A stretch of 63,759 nt of DNA, filler included, from Octopus bimaculoides (taxonomy: Eukaryota): NCBI RefSeq assembly GCF_001194135.2. It is 7 parts of 6 records of this genome, joined end to end, with 100 filler letters (N's around TTAATTAATTAA, not from the genome) between each part and the next. Parts side by side here need not be neighbours in the genome. Positions count along the whole stretch, not along the records: positions 1 to 8,473 come from NW_026295829.1; positions 8,574 to 20,013 come from NC_068981.1; 5 more parts are not named here. The stretch is one strand, 5' to 3'. The position numbers and the translations under genes are program-made. Below the pieces are notes generated by a model. The model was given only the letters and a program-made list of their open reading frames with translations. It searched no databases and was not told where the DNA came from. Positions 1 through 12,030 of the stretch are shown here, one piece after another. Position 1 is the first letter of the stretch; every line of letters starts with the position of its first letter.

Positions 1-282
1 TATTACCTGCGTTGGACACCACGACGACCACGATGATCACCTTCAACGGCAACAACACCTATAACAAGGCCAACAATATTTCCAGGATCGGCATTAACGA
101 CAGGACGATAGAAAAAGCGGCAAAAAGGACATCAAGAACAACAGCAACAACGAGTAAAATGATGTGCTAGAAATGTTGTATAAAGCAACCAAACTCCCTA
201 AATCACAACATCAGCACCTGGAAAAACAACACTAACAATAACAACAACAACACGACGACAGCAGCAACAACAATAATAATAT

Positions 283-566
283 TATCCAGAAGAAAGGGTT
301 GAAGAGGTTTGATCAGTTATGAGAATCGTGTGGAAGACCAAGACAACAACTATTGCTGTAGTAATTGGTGTATTTGGCACAACACCCAAACTGTTACCTA
401 AAAGACTGAAAGAAACTGGAATTGAAGTTTGCGTTGTCAACATGCAGAAAAGCACCATCCGGTATTCTGCTAGAATTTTAAGAACGGTGCTTGAGATTTG
501 AGGAGGCTCATTGCCATCAAACCTCAAGATAGAATACCTGCTAACTAAATTAACATGCACTACCAT
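283..566 (+). mobile_element. 5'-truncated REL-endonuclease non-LTR retrotransposon (Dong/R4-like), 3' end
   Basis: Translates WKTKTTTIAVVIGVFGTTPK...MQKSTIRYSARILRTVLEI*, followed by a short 3'UTR and a (TGA/TAA)n tract. Confidence 0.8.
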
Positions 567-587
567 AATGATGATGATGAGATGATG

Positions 588-630
<43 letters not shown>

Positions 631-739
631 NNNNNNNNNNATGATGATGATGATGATGATGATAATGATGATGATGATGATGATGATGATGATGGTGGTG
701 ATGACGATGATAATGAGGTTTATATTTCATATTTTCCAG

Positions 740-982
740 GTGGCAACAGCGGCATCGGTCGTTCCACAGCAACTGAACTGTCCAAGAGGGGAGCCCGGGT
801 GATATTGGCCTGCCGAGATATGAAGAAAGGAGATGCCGTCGCCAGGGCAATTAGGAAGAAAACAATGAACCCGAATGTATTCTGCATGAGACTAGATTTG
901 TCCAGTTTACACTCAGTAAAAGAGTTTGCTGAGGAGTTTTGCTACAATGAACCACAGCTCCACGTCTTAATTAACAATGCAG
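740..982 (+). CDS. Retinol dehydrogenase 12/13/14-like SDR, internal exon (Rossmann fold)
   Basis: Acceptor ttttccAG|GT at 738-739 and donor AG|GTAAGT at 983, phase 1 on both sides. Translates (G)GNSGIGRSTATELSKRGARVILACRD...QLHVLINNA, which contains the end of the TGxxxGxG motif, the LACR NADP(H) arginine and the start of the NNAx motif. Confidence 0.93.
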
Positions 983-999
983 GTAAGTAAGGGCTTCGT

Positions 1000-1051
<52 letters not shown>

Positions 1052-1059
1052 CTACTTCA

Positions 1060-1511
1060 GTGCGGCCATAAGATTTTATGATTCAATGCGACCATGAGAT
1101 AGAGAATAAGTAGCCAGACATAGTCTTAATTGAGAAAGAAAACAAACTATGCTGGATCATAGACATAGTATGTCCAGCTGACAACAAGGTATGCGACAAG
1201 GAAAAAAGAAAAGTTCAGAGATATGACAGGTTAGCTTGGGAAGTTAAGCTGTTGTGGTCGATGGAGAAGGTAGCAGTAGTACCAATAATTGTCGGAGCCC
1301 TGGGAACAGTGAGTAAAAACTTTAGGAAGTTCATGGAACAAATAGGGGCTTCAATAAGGGTGGAGCACTTGCAGAAACCAGCACTACTTGGAACTGCTCG
1401 AATACTCCGGAAGGTGCTCGAAATATAAGGGGTGTTACCTTAGTTCATTGGTAGTGAAGAGCTGACACTGTAGTACATCTCCAGCGTTAGAAGCTGTGCA
1501 AAGCTCCCTGA
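1060..1511 (+). mobile_element. Dong/R4-like REL LINE 3' fragment (RDH intron)
   Basis: Frame ending at 1428 reads DFMIQCDHEIENK*PDIVLIEKENKLCWIIDIVCP...VVPIIVGALGTV...LQKPALLGTARILRKVLEI*, a PD-(D/E)xK domain. Preceded by (TAA)n at about 997-1049. Confidence 0.85.
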
Positions 1512-1576
<65 letters not shown>

Positions 1577-1578
<2 letters not shown>

Positions 1579-3410
1579 CTTCGTAACACAGTGTAGGTAA
1601 AAATGCACCACAATCTTTAGTCATCTGTCAAGTCACAAGGACCTCAGACAGATAATACTTTCCTTCAGATATGCGCTGTGCCCAATAAGGCTGCCTTTTG
1701 CAAGACATCAATCTTACATGGGATTTCCAGTTGCCTTAAAAAGTTTTGAAGTTTCAATGGGATTGAACCCAATGCTCCCACCACCACTGGTATCACTTTT
1801 ACATCACCCTCTCGCATTCCATACAATCTTGACATTTCCACTTTAAATTCGGAACACTTGGTGATTTTTTTCAACCTCTTTACTCACAAAATTCATGTCA
1901 TTTGGTATGGCTACATCAATGATCTGACAGTATTTGTCTCTCTTATTCAATATGACAATATCCGGCCGACGGTGTTCGACAACACGATGCATCTGAAAAT
2001 CATAGTCCCAGCGTATCATTACTTTTCCATCCTCCTGCATAACTTTACTTGGTACTTTGCTCATACCAGTTCTTTGTTACTTCATATTGGTATTTACGGC
2101 ATAAGAGCCAATGAAGGTACACACACACTTTATCGTGGTNNNNNNNNNNNNNNNNNNNNNNNNNNNNNNNNNNNNNNNNNNNNNNNNNNNNNNNNNNNNN
2201 NNNNNNNNNNNNNNNNNNNNNNNNNNNNNNNNNNNNNNNNNNNNNNNNNNNNNNNNNNNNNNNNNNNNNNNNNNNNNNNNNNNNNNNNNNNNNNNNNNNN
2301 NNNNNNNNNNNNNNNNNNNNNNNNNNNNNNNNNNNNNNNNNNNNNNNNNNNNNNNNNNNNNNNNNNNNNNNNNNNNNNNNNNNNNNNNNNNNNNNNNNNN
2401 NNNNNNNNNNNNNNNNNNNNNNNNNNNNNNNNNNNNNNNNNNNNNNNNGATTTTTTTCAACCTCTTTACTCACAAAATTCATGTCATTTGGTATGGCTAC
2501 ATCAATGATCTGACAGTATTTGTCTCTCTTATTCAATATGACAATATCCGGCCGACGGTGTTCGACAACACGATGCATCTGAAAATCATAGTCCCAGCGT
2601 ATCATTACTTTTCCATCCTCCTGCATAACTTTACTTGGTACTTTGCTCATACCAGTTCTTTGTTACTTCATATTGGTATTTACGGCATAAGAGCCAATGA
2701 AGGTACACACACACTTTATCGTGGTGGCGCTTTTATTCTTATTGTGCAAGTCTCTCACATCCACTTACCAAGTGGGTCACATTTTCCACACCCTTTGCAC
2801 AGAGTCTGCATTTCTGGGTGTCAGAAGTTTTATAGATGTTATACTTCACTGAATTGGTAGCGACAGCCTGATCTTGTGCACCAATGATCAGGCTTTGGNN
2901 NNNNNNNNNNNNNNNNNNNNNNNNNNNNNNNNNNNNNNNNNNNNNNNNNNNNNNNNNNNNNNNNNNNNNNNNNNNNNNNNNNNNNNNNNNNNNNNNNNNN
3001 NNNNNNNNNNNNNNNNNNNNNNNNNNNNNNNNNNNNNNNNNNNNNNNNNNNNNNNNNNNNNNNNNNNNNNNNNNNNNNNNNNNNNNNNNNNNNNNNNNNN
3101 NNNNNNNNNNNNNNNNNNNNNNNNNNNNNNNNNNNNNNNNNNNNNNNNNNNNNNNNNNNNNNNNNNNNNNNNNNNNNNNNNNNNNNNNNNNNNNNNNNNN
3201 NNNNNNNNNNNNNNNNNNNNNNNNNNNNNNNNNNNNNNNNNNNNNNNNNNNNNNNNNNNNNNNNNNNNNNNNNNNNNNNNNNNNNNNNNNNNNNNNNNNN
3301 NNNNNNNNNCCTCGCTCAAGCCATACCCACGATGCTGTATTATCCTTAACGTCCTGTGTATTATTTTCTCTTCTCCTCAGCTCTTTGGTTAAACTCTTCC
3401 TTGCCCGTAT
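1577..3410 (-). mobile_element. Dong/R4-like REL LINE 3' portion (gapped, partly duplicated by assembly)
   Basis: Contains the CCHC knuckle CRLCAKGVENVTHLVSGC, HDKV, the PD motif RRPDIVILNK...IIDVAIP and the end VIPVVVGALG...LQKAALLGTAHI*. The minus-strand (TAA)n tail is at 1512-1576. Confidence 0.9.
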
Positions 3411-3411
3411 A

Positions 3412-3469
<58 letters not shown>

Positions 3470-3483
3470 TAAAACTACTGAAC

Positions 3484-3519
<36 letters not shown>

Positions 3520-3520
<1 letters not shown>

Positions 3521-4460
3521 GCCCTGATGTAGTTCTAGGCAGTGACTCTCATGGCTTTTGATCCTAACTGATTGCAAGTGTTATCATGTACATTGTTTTG
3601 TCTTGGTATAAAAGATGGGCGACAGTAAATATTCTGCTCAATACCACAGATTTGCTTGCCAGTTGCATCATAGCCATGTGTTGAGAGGAATTCTTTGGAG
3701 TTTGAGTAATTCACCTCTGGAAACATGGGAGTTCAACATCCTTAAACAACCCTTATTCAGGGACCTTTTTAGCAGGATGGGATACTTAACCTAAAGAAAA
3801 TTCGAACTGGGCCCCAGCTGCAAGGTCATGCGGTGTTTATCTTGATATAAGATCACCATGTCGCGCACATATGGTTGTGATGCATGTGCATGGTGTACCC
3901 TTCAGAAAGTGCGGACGGTCTAAGGAAGAAAGACTGTGCCTTAATAGTTCGTGCAGCGCCTGCAGGTGTAGATATAATATGTTATATTCAGAATGGGAGG
4001 AGAGAGTAGGAAGTTGTGAGTGCCATAGTGGAGATGGAACGAAACTAGTTGGATCCAACGAGCAGTGGCCACCTAGTACTGGTAGAAAAGTTATAGAGAG
4101 GACACAAAGGATGAGGAGTGTTTTGGTGGGTTAATTCATATCAATCGGGTGACATTTAAATGGGGGCACGGTCTCGTATGTCTGTATGAGCAGCAGCATC
4201 TCAGATGTAGCAGCTATCAATTGAGATTTCACTTGTTTACTAATTCGGGGTGGGGGTGGGGGGTCGAAGTATTTTCTAGGACAGTTTTTGTGATGAAGTA
4301 ATTGCTACATTGAATATATGCATTCATCTGGAGAGATTCTCTGCAGGTCTATTTGCCTGTCTTTCAGTCTTCAGACAGTACTGAAGTAGAGAGGGCATGG
4401 CATTAAGGAGATCGCAAATGACAATGAAAAGACTTTGACAAATCTAGCTGAGTGATTGAT
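3520..4460 (-). mobile_element. Degenerate LINE 3' end (CR1/Jockey-like) with microsatellite tail
   Basis: A minus frame with many stops resembles the SL.LFY.Y...Y...FLP.T C-terminus. The 3'UTR runs into (ATT)n on the minus strand. Family assignment is weak. Confidence 0.4.
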
Positions 4461-4554
4461 TGATTGATTGATTGACTGACTGAATGATTAATGAAACAAT
4501 CGATTACTTAATAGGTTAACTGGTTAACCAATTGGCTAATAATTATGATAATAA

Positions 4555-4720
4555 TCATTTCTATTATAGGCACAAGGCCTGATATTTTGGGGGAGGGGTC
4601 AAGTCGATTACATCGACCCCAACGCTCAACTGGTACTTATTTTATCAACCTCAAATGGATGAAAAGATAAGTCGACCTCGGAATTTGAACTCAGAATGTA
4701 AAGACGGACGAAATGCCGCG
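4555..4720 (-). mobile_element. tRNA-derived SINE, family A (partial)
   Basis: Reverse complement has the B-box-like GAGTTCAAATTCC and the core aagtaccagtt...gtcgat...aatcgac shared with about ten other copies in the window. Confidence 0.8.
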
Positions 4721-4873
4721 CACGCGCGCACACACAATATTTTTACGTATTTAAAAAATATTCTAAATATTATTCGTTCACTTCTTTTACTGTTATTTTT
4801 GTTCAAATATAACATATTCATACATTTTCTTCCTTGTTTTTTTTCGTTCGTTTTTTTACCTAATCATTAACAG

Positions 4874-5182
4874 CTTACATGGGCCCTAAATCAACGACCA
4901 GTGACCACATCGAGAAGAGTTTCGGCGTAAACTACTTGGGCCATTTCTACTTGACCAAGTTGCTCGTGGACAAACTTCACAAAAATGCACCCAGCCGTAT
5001 CATCAACGTTATTTCGGATTCTTACCAGAGTGGCAAACTCGATTTCAACGACTTGGCCATGCATGAAAGCTACGGCATCTACAGAGCTTACGCACGAAGT
5101 AAGATGGCTTTGGCAATCCTCACTTTGGAACTTCACAGACGCTACTATTCTGAAGTGATCTGGACATTTGCTGTCCACCCGG
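4874..5182 (+). CDS. RDH-like SDR, catalytic exon
   Basis: Acceptor taacAG|CT and donor CCGG|GTACGT; phase 1 matches the previous exon. Translates (A)YMGPKSTTSDHIEKSFGVNYLGHFYLT...RIINVIS...YARSK...FAVHP(G), with the NxLGHF motif, catalytic Ser and YxxxK. Confidence 0.95.
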
Positions 5183-5278
5183 GTACGTTCCTGTTGCACT
5201 TGCAGCGTTTGAATAATTATCTCTAGTATTGAGTCAGTACGTCTCAACTAATTTACCGGTTTGAGAACATCATTATTT

Positions 5279-5878
5279 AAAATTTATTAATAAGGGTAGA
5301 AATTGATATTAATCAATTAAAACCAGTGGTCTAGCATATTAAAATTTATTAACTGCAGAGTTATTTCCGGACTTAGCACGCCAGATTGAAGACATTTGAA
5401 ATGATACACTGAATGTAATTTGCAGAACTCTACACGTGCTCCCTTTCGGGTGGACGTCTTGTGTCTAGTTCTGGAAATTATGTTTTATAAATCGACAGAC
5501 TACGCTGATGATCCTGCAGATATTTGCTTATGTAAATTTTAACAGGTGAAACCATGGTACGTAGGTTAATCGTTTNNNNNNNNNNNNNNNNNNNNNNNNN
5601 NNNNNNNNNNNNNNNNNNNNNNNTAATCGTTTTTTTATTTAGTTTTTTTTCATTTGTTTTGCCCTTTTACAGTCTGTTGTGTCGCTAAAGTTTTACTGCG
5701 AACATATTTTTTCGTGGTTAGATGATTCGGCATCTATTTCTAGCATATAGGAATCCACTTTAGCTGGTCATTCCTCTTATTTTTGTATGTAATATAATTT
5801 TAATCTTCGGATTTTTTTAATATACTAGACCACTGGTTTTAATTGATTAATATCAATTTCTACCCTTATTAATAAATT

Positions 5879-5880
<2 letters not shown>
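5279..5880. mobile_element. MITE with 66-bp terminal inverted repeats (Tc1/mariner-type, TA flanks)
   Basis: 5279-5344 and the reverse complement of 5815-5880 differ at one base; TA at both ends. Lies inside RDH intron 5183-6108. Confidence 0.85.
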
Positions 5881-5949
<69 letters not shown>

Positions 5950-6108
5950 ATTAATTAAATGCTGAAAACGTCTTTGCTCTGTTACTTCAAACCTCATCTG
6001 CCGAATTATGTATATTTATCCTCCTCCTCCGCCTCCTCCTCTTTGCCATCATCATCGTCAGGTTTTTTCAGGTTTTTTACATCTCATCTTCATTTCTTTC
6101 TATTCCAG

Positions 6109-6431
6109 GTGCCGTCAACACCGATCTTCTCCGTAACTGGCCGGGAATGACCGGAAACTTCCTGCGAGTTATGTCCCGCGTTCTGTTCAAGACCCCTGAA
6201 CAAGGCTGCCAGACGATCGTCTACTGTGCCGTTGCCGACAAGGTCCGCGACCACGCCGGCAAACTGTTCATTAACCACCAGGCTGTGAACTACGTGAAGA
6301 GGGTTCGCGACTGGGATATGGCCAGGCGTTTGTGGAACGTCAGTCTGCATTTGATTGGCTGCGACGACGAGATTGAGCCAGAACAAGTGGAGGAAGCAAT
6401 TCATGGCGCAGATACGGCGAAGGAAGAATGA
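6109..6431 (+). CDS. RDH-like SDR, terminal coding exon
   Basis: Polypyrimidine acceptor ttccAG|GT, phase 1. Translates (G)AVNTDLLRNWPGMTGNFLRVMSRVLFKTPEQGCQTIVYCAV...ARRLWNVSLHLIG...EE*, matching the typical RDH C-terminus (PGxVxT, KTPxQGAQT, AxRLWxxS). Confidence 0.93.
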
Positions 6432-6470
6432 AGGAAGGAAGGAACGGATGAATTAATTAAGTAAATATTA

Positions 6471-6476
6471 AATAAA
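6471..6476 (+). promoter_or_regulatory. Candidate polyadenylation signal of the RDH-like gene
   Basis: AATAAA 40 nt after the stop codon. The region is A-rich, so the match could be chance. Confidence 0.3.
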
Positions 6477-6804
6477 CATCAACAACAACAACAACAACAA
6501 CAACAAAATAGCAATAACGACAACAAACAATAACAATCATAAGGACGGCAGCAGCAACAACAACACCAACACCAACAACAACAACAACAACAACAACAAC
6601 AACCGCACCAGCAACAACAACATGAACATCAGCAACAACAGCAAATAAAAAGTCATAATGTTAATTTGGACTAAGTTAAATCAAAATCAATAAACAAGTA
6701 TTTAATTAGATATTCAATTAAATTATTAAAAAAAGAAATATACGGCAGCAGCAGCAGCAGCAGCANNNNNNNNNNGTGTGTGTGTATGTATGTATGTATG
6801 CATG

Positions 6805-6847
<43 letters not shown>

Positions 6848-8186
6848 GTGTATGTGTATACTAGATGCATAGGTGCATGCGTTATGCGCAGTCGGATGTG
6901 TGCATACTTTCGTATGAGACGTATGAGTGAGGACGCGAATTCATACGGCGACGAGAGAAAAAGGAAAGAAAGAAAGAAAGGAGGATAAACTGAACAACAA
7001 CAACACGATGGATAAACAAAACAAAAGCAAGAGCCGACAGCAAGGATGACGACGGCGATGATGATGATGATGATGATGATGACAAATTCTATGACAATCA
7101 CAATTGTAGCAAAAATTAAAATAAAAAATAAAAATTTCTAACGCAAGCGATATGGAGTGGGATGGGGGCGAAGAGGCACGCAGTGAATAAAGTGCCGTGT
7201 CCACCAAAACTGGAAAAAAAAAAACACAAATAAAAACTAAACTAAAATGAAACCATCAGAACGGCAACAAACCAATGTAACGCAGCAACAGCATCATCAA
7301 CAAGAAAAAAGCATTTGCCTTAAAAAATTAAAAATTGAAAAAATCTCCGCTATTTTTGTTACATATTGGCTTGAATTGCATGCAATAGAAAAAACACAAG
7401 TAAAAACAATAATAGCTGCAAAAAAACGAAAAACCAACAAAAAATCTTAGGACGTCAGTGAAAGAATTTAAGGAAATTTTATTTATACCATATATCATTC
7501 CCTTGGAAAGAATAGTACGAAACTATTTTCGAAATATTTTAAATTCAACTCTAAACAATTCATTGAAAGCAGACGATATATTAAAAAGATCGTGGCAGCC
7601 ATTACTGCAAGCGCCTTCATTACTGTCGTTCAGTTACGCCACCGTCACCTCCACTCACTCGTAAAATACCAGCAATATTGCTGCTGCAGATGATGATAAA
7701 GATGGTGACGGCGATGATGCTAGTGAACTTTAATTTGTTTAAGTTATCACAGCCTAAAGCTATGGTTGAATATCTTCACGATGATGAGTTGTGAAAGACA
7801 ACGAATAGCGGATTCATTACATCATTCCTACCGTTATCGTCACCACCACCACCACCACCACCACCACATCTATGGCGAATAGCAAAGCAAGGAAAGACTT
7901 TTACAGTAATTTGACTTAGAAACAAGTCAGTTTCCCTCAAATCACGCACAAGACTGCCGACTTCGAAAATGAAAGGAGATACTGCTTAGCGTGGTCTTGT
8001 ATCTGTATTTTTGACGATAGATCCATTCCGATCAGATTCGATCTGGGGCTAAACAACAAGAACAAGAACAGTAGCAGCAGCAACAGCAACGGCTCGACTT
8101 CTTGTTGGTCGTTTGCGATCTGTTAGAAAGAGCAAATAGATCTCCTTCAAATCACACTCTACCTCTACCGTCTAAAAACACTACTT

Positions 8187-8229
<43 letters not shown>

Positions 8230-8517
8230 CATTAACAATAAAAGTGTTACTACTGTAATACGTGAATGATTGAAACGAGTTTTTAAGTTGATCCCAGTAA
8301 GGATTATTGAACTTGGGGACAACGTGACACCAGTTTCAATTCCACGATAAAGCCGTTTATACGTCTTTTACTTTTACACTACCAATTAGACTAAAAAGAA
8401 AACATGCCCATTACAATATAGCATTTCTTCTTCTTCCTATAAACCGTGCTTGCGTGTGTGTGTGTGTGTGTGTNNNNNNNNNNNNNNNNNNNNNNNNNNN
8501 NNNNNNNNNNNNNNNNN

Positions 8518-8529
8518 TTAATTAATTAA
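8518..8529. other. Artificial six-frame-stop linker TTAATTAATTAA in a 100-bp gap (also at 20058, 31640, 38145, 44743, 60775)
   Basis: The same palindromic 12-mer sits in the middle of six N runs (44 N on each side where counted) and gives TAA in all six frames. Confidence 0.92.
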
Positions 8530-8573
8530 NNNNNNNNNNNNNNNNNNNNNNNNNNNNNNNNNNNNNNNNNNNN

Positions 8574-9008
8574 GGAGATCTCGGAAACTGTGCCACCAAC
8601 ACAAAGACAAACCAGACCCAAGACCATGTTACCCGTTCCAGAGTATGGACCAGACAACCCAAGACGGTCCAAGAGAACCCATAAAACTCAAGAGAGACTT
8701 TGCTGTTGATACTTCTTGTGTAGCATCAATTTCAGTGGGGAGGTGTTATATGGACTGTTAGATATGTAATTCGTCTGACGTTCCGTGTGTCATGTGGTTC
8801 GTCTGAGTTCATTGTTTCATTGTTGTTGTCTTGTGGGACTGTCGTAGTAAAATGTCATTGATATATATATGGCGGACATGACTTTTGTTTATTCATAACG
8901 AACATTGGGTGAGTGCGTTCTTTGTATGTAATTGAACAATAAATGTAATAATTAAATTGTATAACTCGTTATGTTATCTCTGCGAGTCAGTCCGAGGGAA
9001 ACATAACA
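8574..9008 (+). mobile_element. Ty3/Gypsy 3' end: integrase C-terminus, polypurine tract and 3' LTR
   Basis: Translates ...PRRSKRTHKTQERLCC*; PPT AGTGGGGAGG at 8734-8743; LTR 8744-9008 bounded by TGTTAT...ATAACA with AATAAA at 8938. Confidence 0.75.
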
Positions 9009-9382
9009 ACTGGTCTCCTATTTATTATTCATTAGTGTACCTTGTAAGATTGTGATACGGCTGGGAACAGCCTGATTTCGGTGAATGTTGAAGTGGCGCC
9101 GAAACTCACTCTGAACTGCTGTGACAGAATCGTTATTCCTTCACGCAACTGTCGTAGGCAAACGCGATGCCCTAACTTTTCACAGTACCATGGTTTCACC
9201 TGAAAAGAAAAAAAGGAATGCTAAGACACCACGGACCGAATGGTGCCTGTCAGACATATGTCCCTCCCACTGGAGCTGAGTAATAGCCATTTCAAAAACG
9301 TCCGTCCTCTCTGCCCCACCTTGTATATATATTTGTGTATATATGTATATTGCTTTATATGATTATTAATCTGTTTTTCGAT

Positions 9383-9480
9383 GAAGGCGCTTGGCCTAGT
9401 GGTCAGGGTGTTGCATTCACGATTGCGAGAACGTGGGTTTGAATTCCGGATCGGCGCTGCTTTGTGTCGTTCCACGTTGC
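9383..9480 (+). mobile_element. tRNA-derived SINE head, family C
   Basis: A box TGGCCTAGTGG and B box GGTTTGAATTCC. A homologous head lies on the minus strand at about 54580-54675. Confidence 0.65.
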
Positions 9481-9812
9481 CCCTTGATCACTTTGTCCTT
9501 TTACGGGTGGTACATCGTGCATCAGTTCAGAAAACGTCGATTTGATGGAGAGAGTGAGCTGATGTAGAGTATGTACATTTGATCACCATAAACAAATCAT
9601 TTATCATTTGTATCATTGTTTAGCAAGAAATTGCAGAACCGTCTTTTACAGATTCTAGAGACTTCCATTGAAAAGCTGTTCTTTCTCTTTAGCCGGTTTT
9701 TTTGTTTCCCCTTTAAATCACATATTCATTCTCCAATTTATACTTGCTGCCTCTCCCTCTCTCCTACACACACACACGCACGCACATGCTCTCATAACCC
9801 TTGTTCTCTCTC

Positions 9813-9870
<58 letters not shown>

Positions 9871-10356
9871 CACACCACACCACACACACATACTACTCCT
9901 GATATTTTTTTTCCAGCGATCACTGAACTTCCCCTTTCTGAAACACAATACGATTAACCGGTACCAAATTCCCACATTCCTGCCCTCACCCCTAACTCTA
10001 CCACTCTGTAAACCATTCCACTTTAGGAGGGTCTAAACGCTCCTTGGTCAGTGTTTTTACACCATCGAAACACGACTAAAAAACAAACAAAAACTGTTAA
10101 GCTCGAGTCATTGCGTTCTTTTATACAAATATGGCACTACACAGTTATCTGTCTTAAACCCGTTTGATGTCTGAAAGTGTTTCGCCGCCCAACATTGGAA
10201 TATATTTTTGTTAATCTGTAGCTAAATAGTCGGTAGTTAATGGCAGAATAAATAAATAGGAGCGAAACAAAATAAACCAACAGGGATTCGATTTGGATCC
10301 CTCTTGGAGAAAGGAATTAATATGGGAGTTTTACCGAGAAATGAAGAATGAAAATG

Positions 10357-10800
10357 ATTTATCTTTGTCTTTTTGATCTTTTACTTGCTTCGATCATTGG
10401 ATAGCGACCATGCTGAGACCATCACCTTGCAGAGTTTAGATTCAATAAATCGCCCCCGCTCCCTAGGTTAAAACATATTTTAAGCCTGGTACTTATTCAA
10501 TCGATCTTTTTTTTTGCCGATCTGCTTTACGGAGACGTAAACAAACCAACACCGATCTCTTTCATCTAGAGTTATAAATTATTTATCTTTGTCTTTTTTA
10601 TGTTTTACTTGTTTTGATCATTGGATAGTGACCATGCTGGGACATCGCCTTGAAGAGTTTAGGTTCAATAAATCGCCCCCGCTCCCTAGGTTAAAACATA
10701 TTTTAAGCCTGGTACTTATTCAATCGGTCTTTTTTTCTTTGCCGATCTGCTTTACGGAGACATAAACAAACCAACAACGATCTCTATCTTCTAGAGTTAT
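10357..10800 (-). repeat. Two tandem ~224-bp copies of a family B SINE 3' half
   Basis: 10357-10575 and 10581-10800 are near-identical with scattered substitutions; both resemble 48670-48960. Confidence 0.8.
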
Positions 10801-11189
10801 GTTTAATATTGTATTTTATTTGCTGTTCAATTAAAATCATTCGTAGCAGTTAAGGAATGTGTCTATCAACTCGTCTGCATTTGTTACCCGAAGAAATGAT
10901 ACACAAACACTTCTGTAAGGACATTGACAAATAAATCTTGTATATGAGCTGACCTGGGCACGGGTCAGAAACGAGCAGAAATGACATTCTGTAAATATTT
11001 TCTAGGGCAGTTGCACATACCATGTGTTGACCTTGAACATTTTGTTAACCTTGAGCAAGTTTCTTAAGAATGAAAACTCTTTGACCATGTGTTTCAAGTA
11101 AATACTTACATTCTGTTTTAAAGAAAGAAACTAACTGATAAGTAGTCCTCAAAGCACGGATGACAACAACAACAACAACAACAACAATG

Positions 11190-12030
11190 ATAATGGTTTT
11201 AAATTTTGGCACAAGGCCAGCAACTTCGGGGAAGGGAAGTAAGTCGATTACATTGACCGCTGTGTTCAACTGGTACTTATTTTATCGACCCAGTAAGATA
11301 AAAGGCAAAGTCGACTCCGGTGGAATTTGAACTCAGAACATAAAGTCGGACGAAATGCCGCTTAGCATTTTGTCCGGCGTATTAACGATTTTGCTAGCTC
11401 GCCTAAGTATTATTATTATTATTATTATTATTAATGATGNNNNNNNNNNNNNNNNNNNNNNNNNNNNNNNNNNNNNNNNNNNNNNNNNNNNNNNNNNNNN
11501 NNNNNNNNNNNNNNNNNNNNNNNNNNNNNNNNNNNNNNNNNNNNNNNNNNNNNNNNNNNNNNNNNNNNNNNNNNNNNNNNNNNNNNNNNNNNNNNNNNNN
11601 NNNNNNNNNNNNNNNNNNNNNNNNNNNNNNNNNNNNNNNNNNNNNNNNNNNNNNNNNNNNNNNNNNNNNNNNNNNNNNNNNNNNNNNTACGTCCCCGTAA
11701 CTTAGCGGTTCAGCCAAATAGTCCGATAGAATAAGTACTAAGATTACAAAGAATAAGTCCTGGGGTCGATTTGTTCGACTAAAGGCGGCGCTCCAGCATG
11801 GCCGCAGTCAAATAAGTGAAACAATTAAGAGTGAAAGAGTATGATGACAATGATTCAGTAAGGACACGGACTTTCGTCTGTCTTTACCTTCAGAGTCCAA
11901 ATTCCATCGAGGTCGACTTTGCAGTTCATCTATTTGGGGTCGATAAAATAAGTACCAGTTGTGCACTGGGGCCGATGTAATCAACTAGCTCACTCCCCCG
12001 AAATCAAGACTTGTGCCTAAGATAGAAAGG
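11190..12030. mobile_element. SINE cluster (family A minus 11190-11405, family B 3' part 11688-11840, family A plus 11850-12030)
   Basis: Shared cores aagtaccagtt and gcatggccgcagtc, plus a B-box-like GAGTTCAAATTCC. Confidence 0.75.

Noticed and set aside
1858-2740. Apparent tandem duplication inside the REL element
   Set aside because: Exact copies flank an N gap, typical of unmerged contig overlap. The same pattern occurs at 18520-19208 and 26889-27432.
9009-9020. TGG two bases after the Gypsy LTR as a PBS (tandem elements sharing an LTR)
   Set aside because: Only 3 nt match and no gag-like sequence is recognised downstream.
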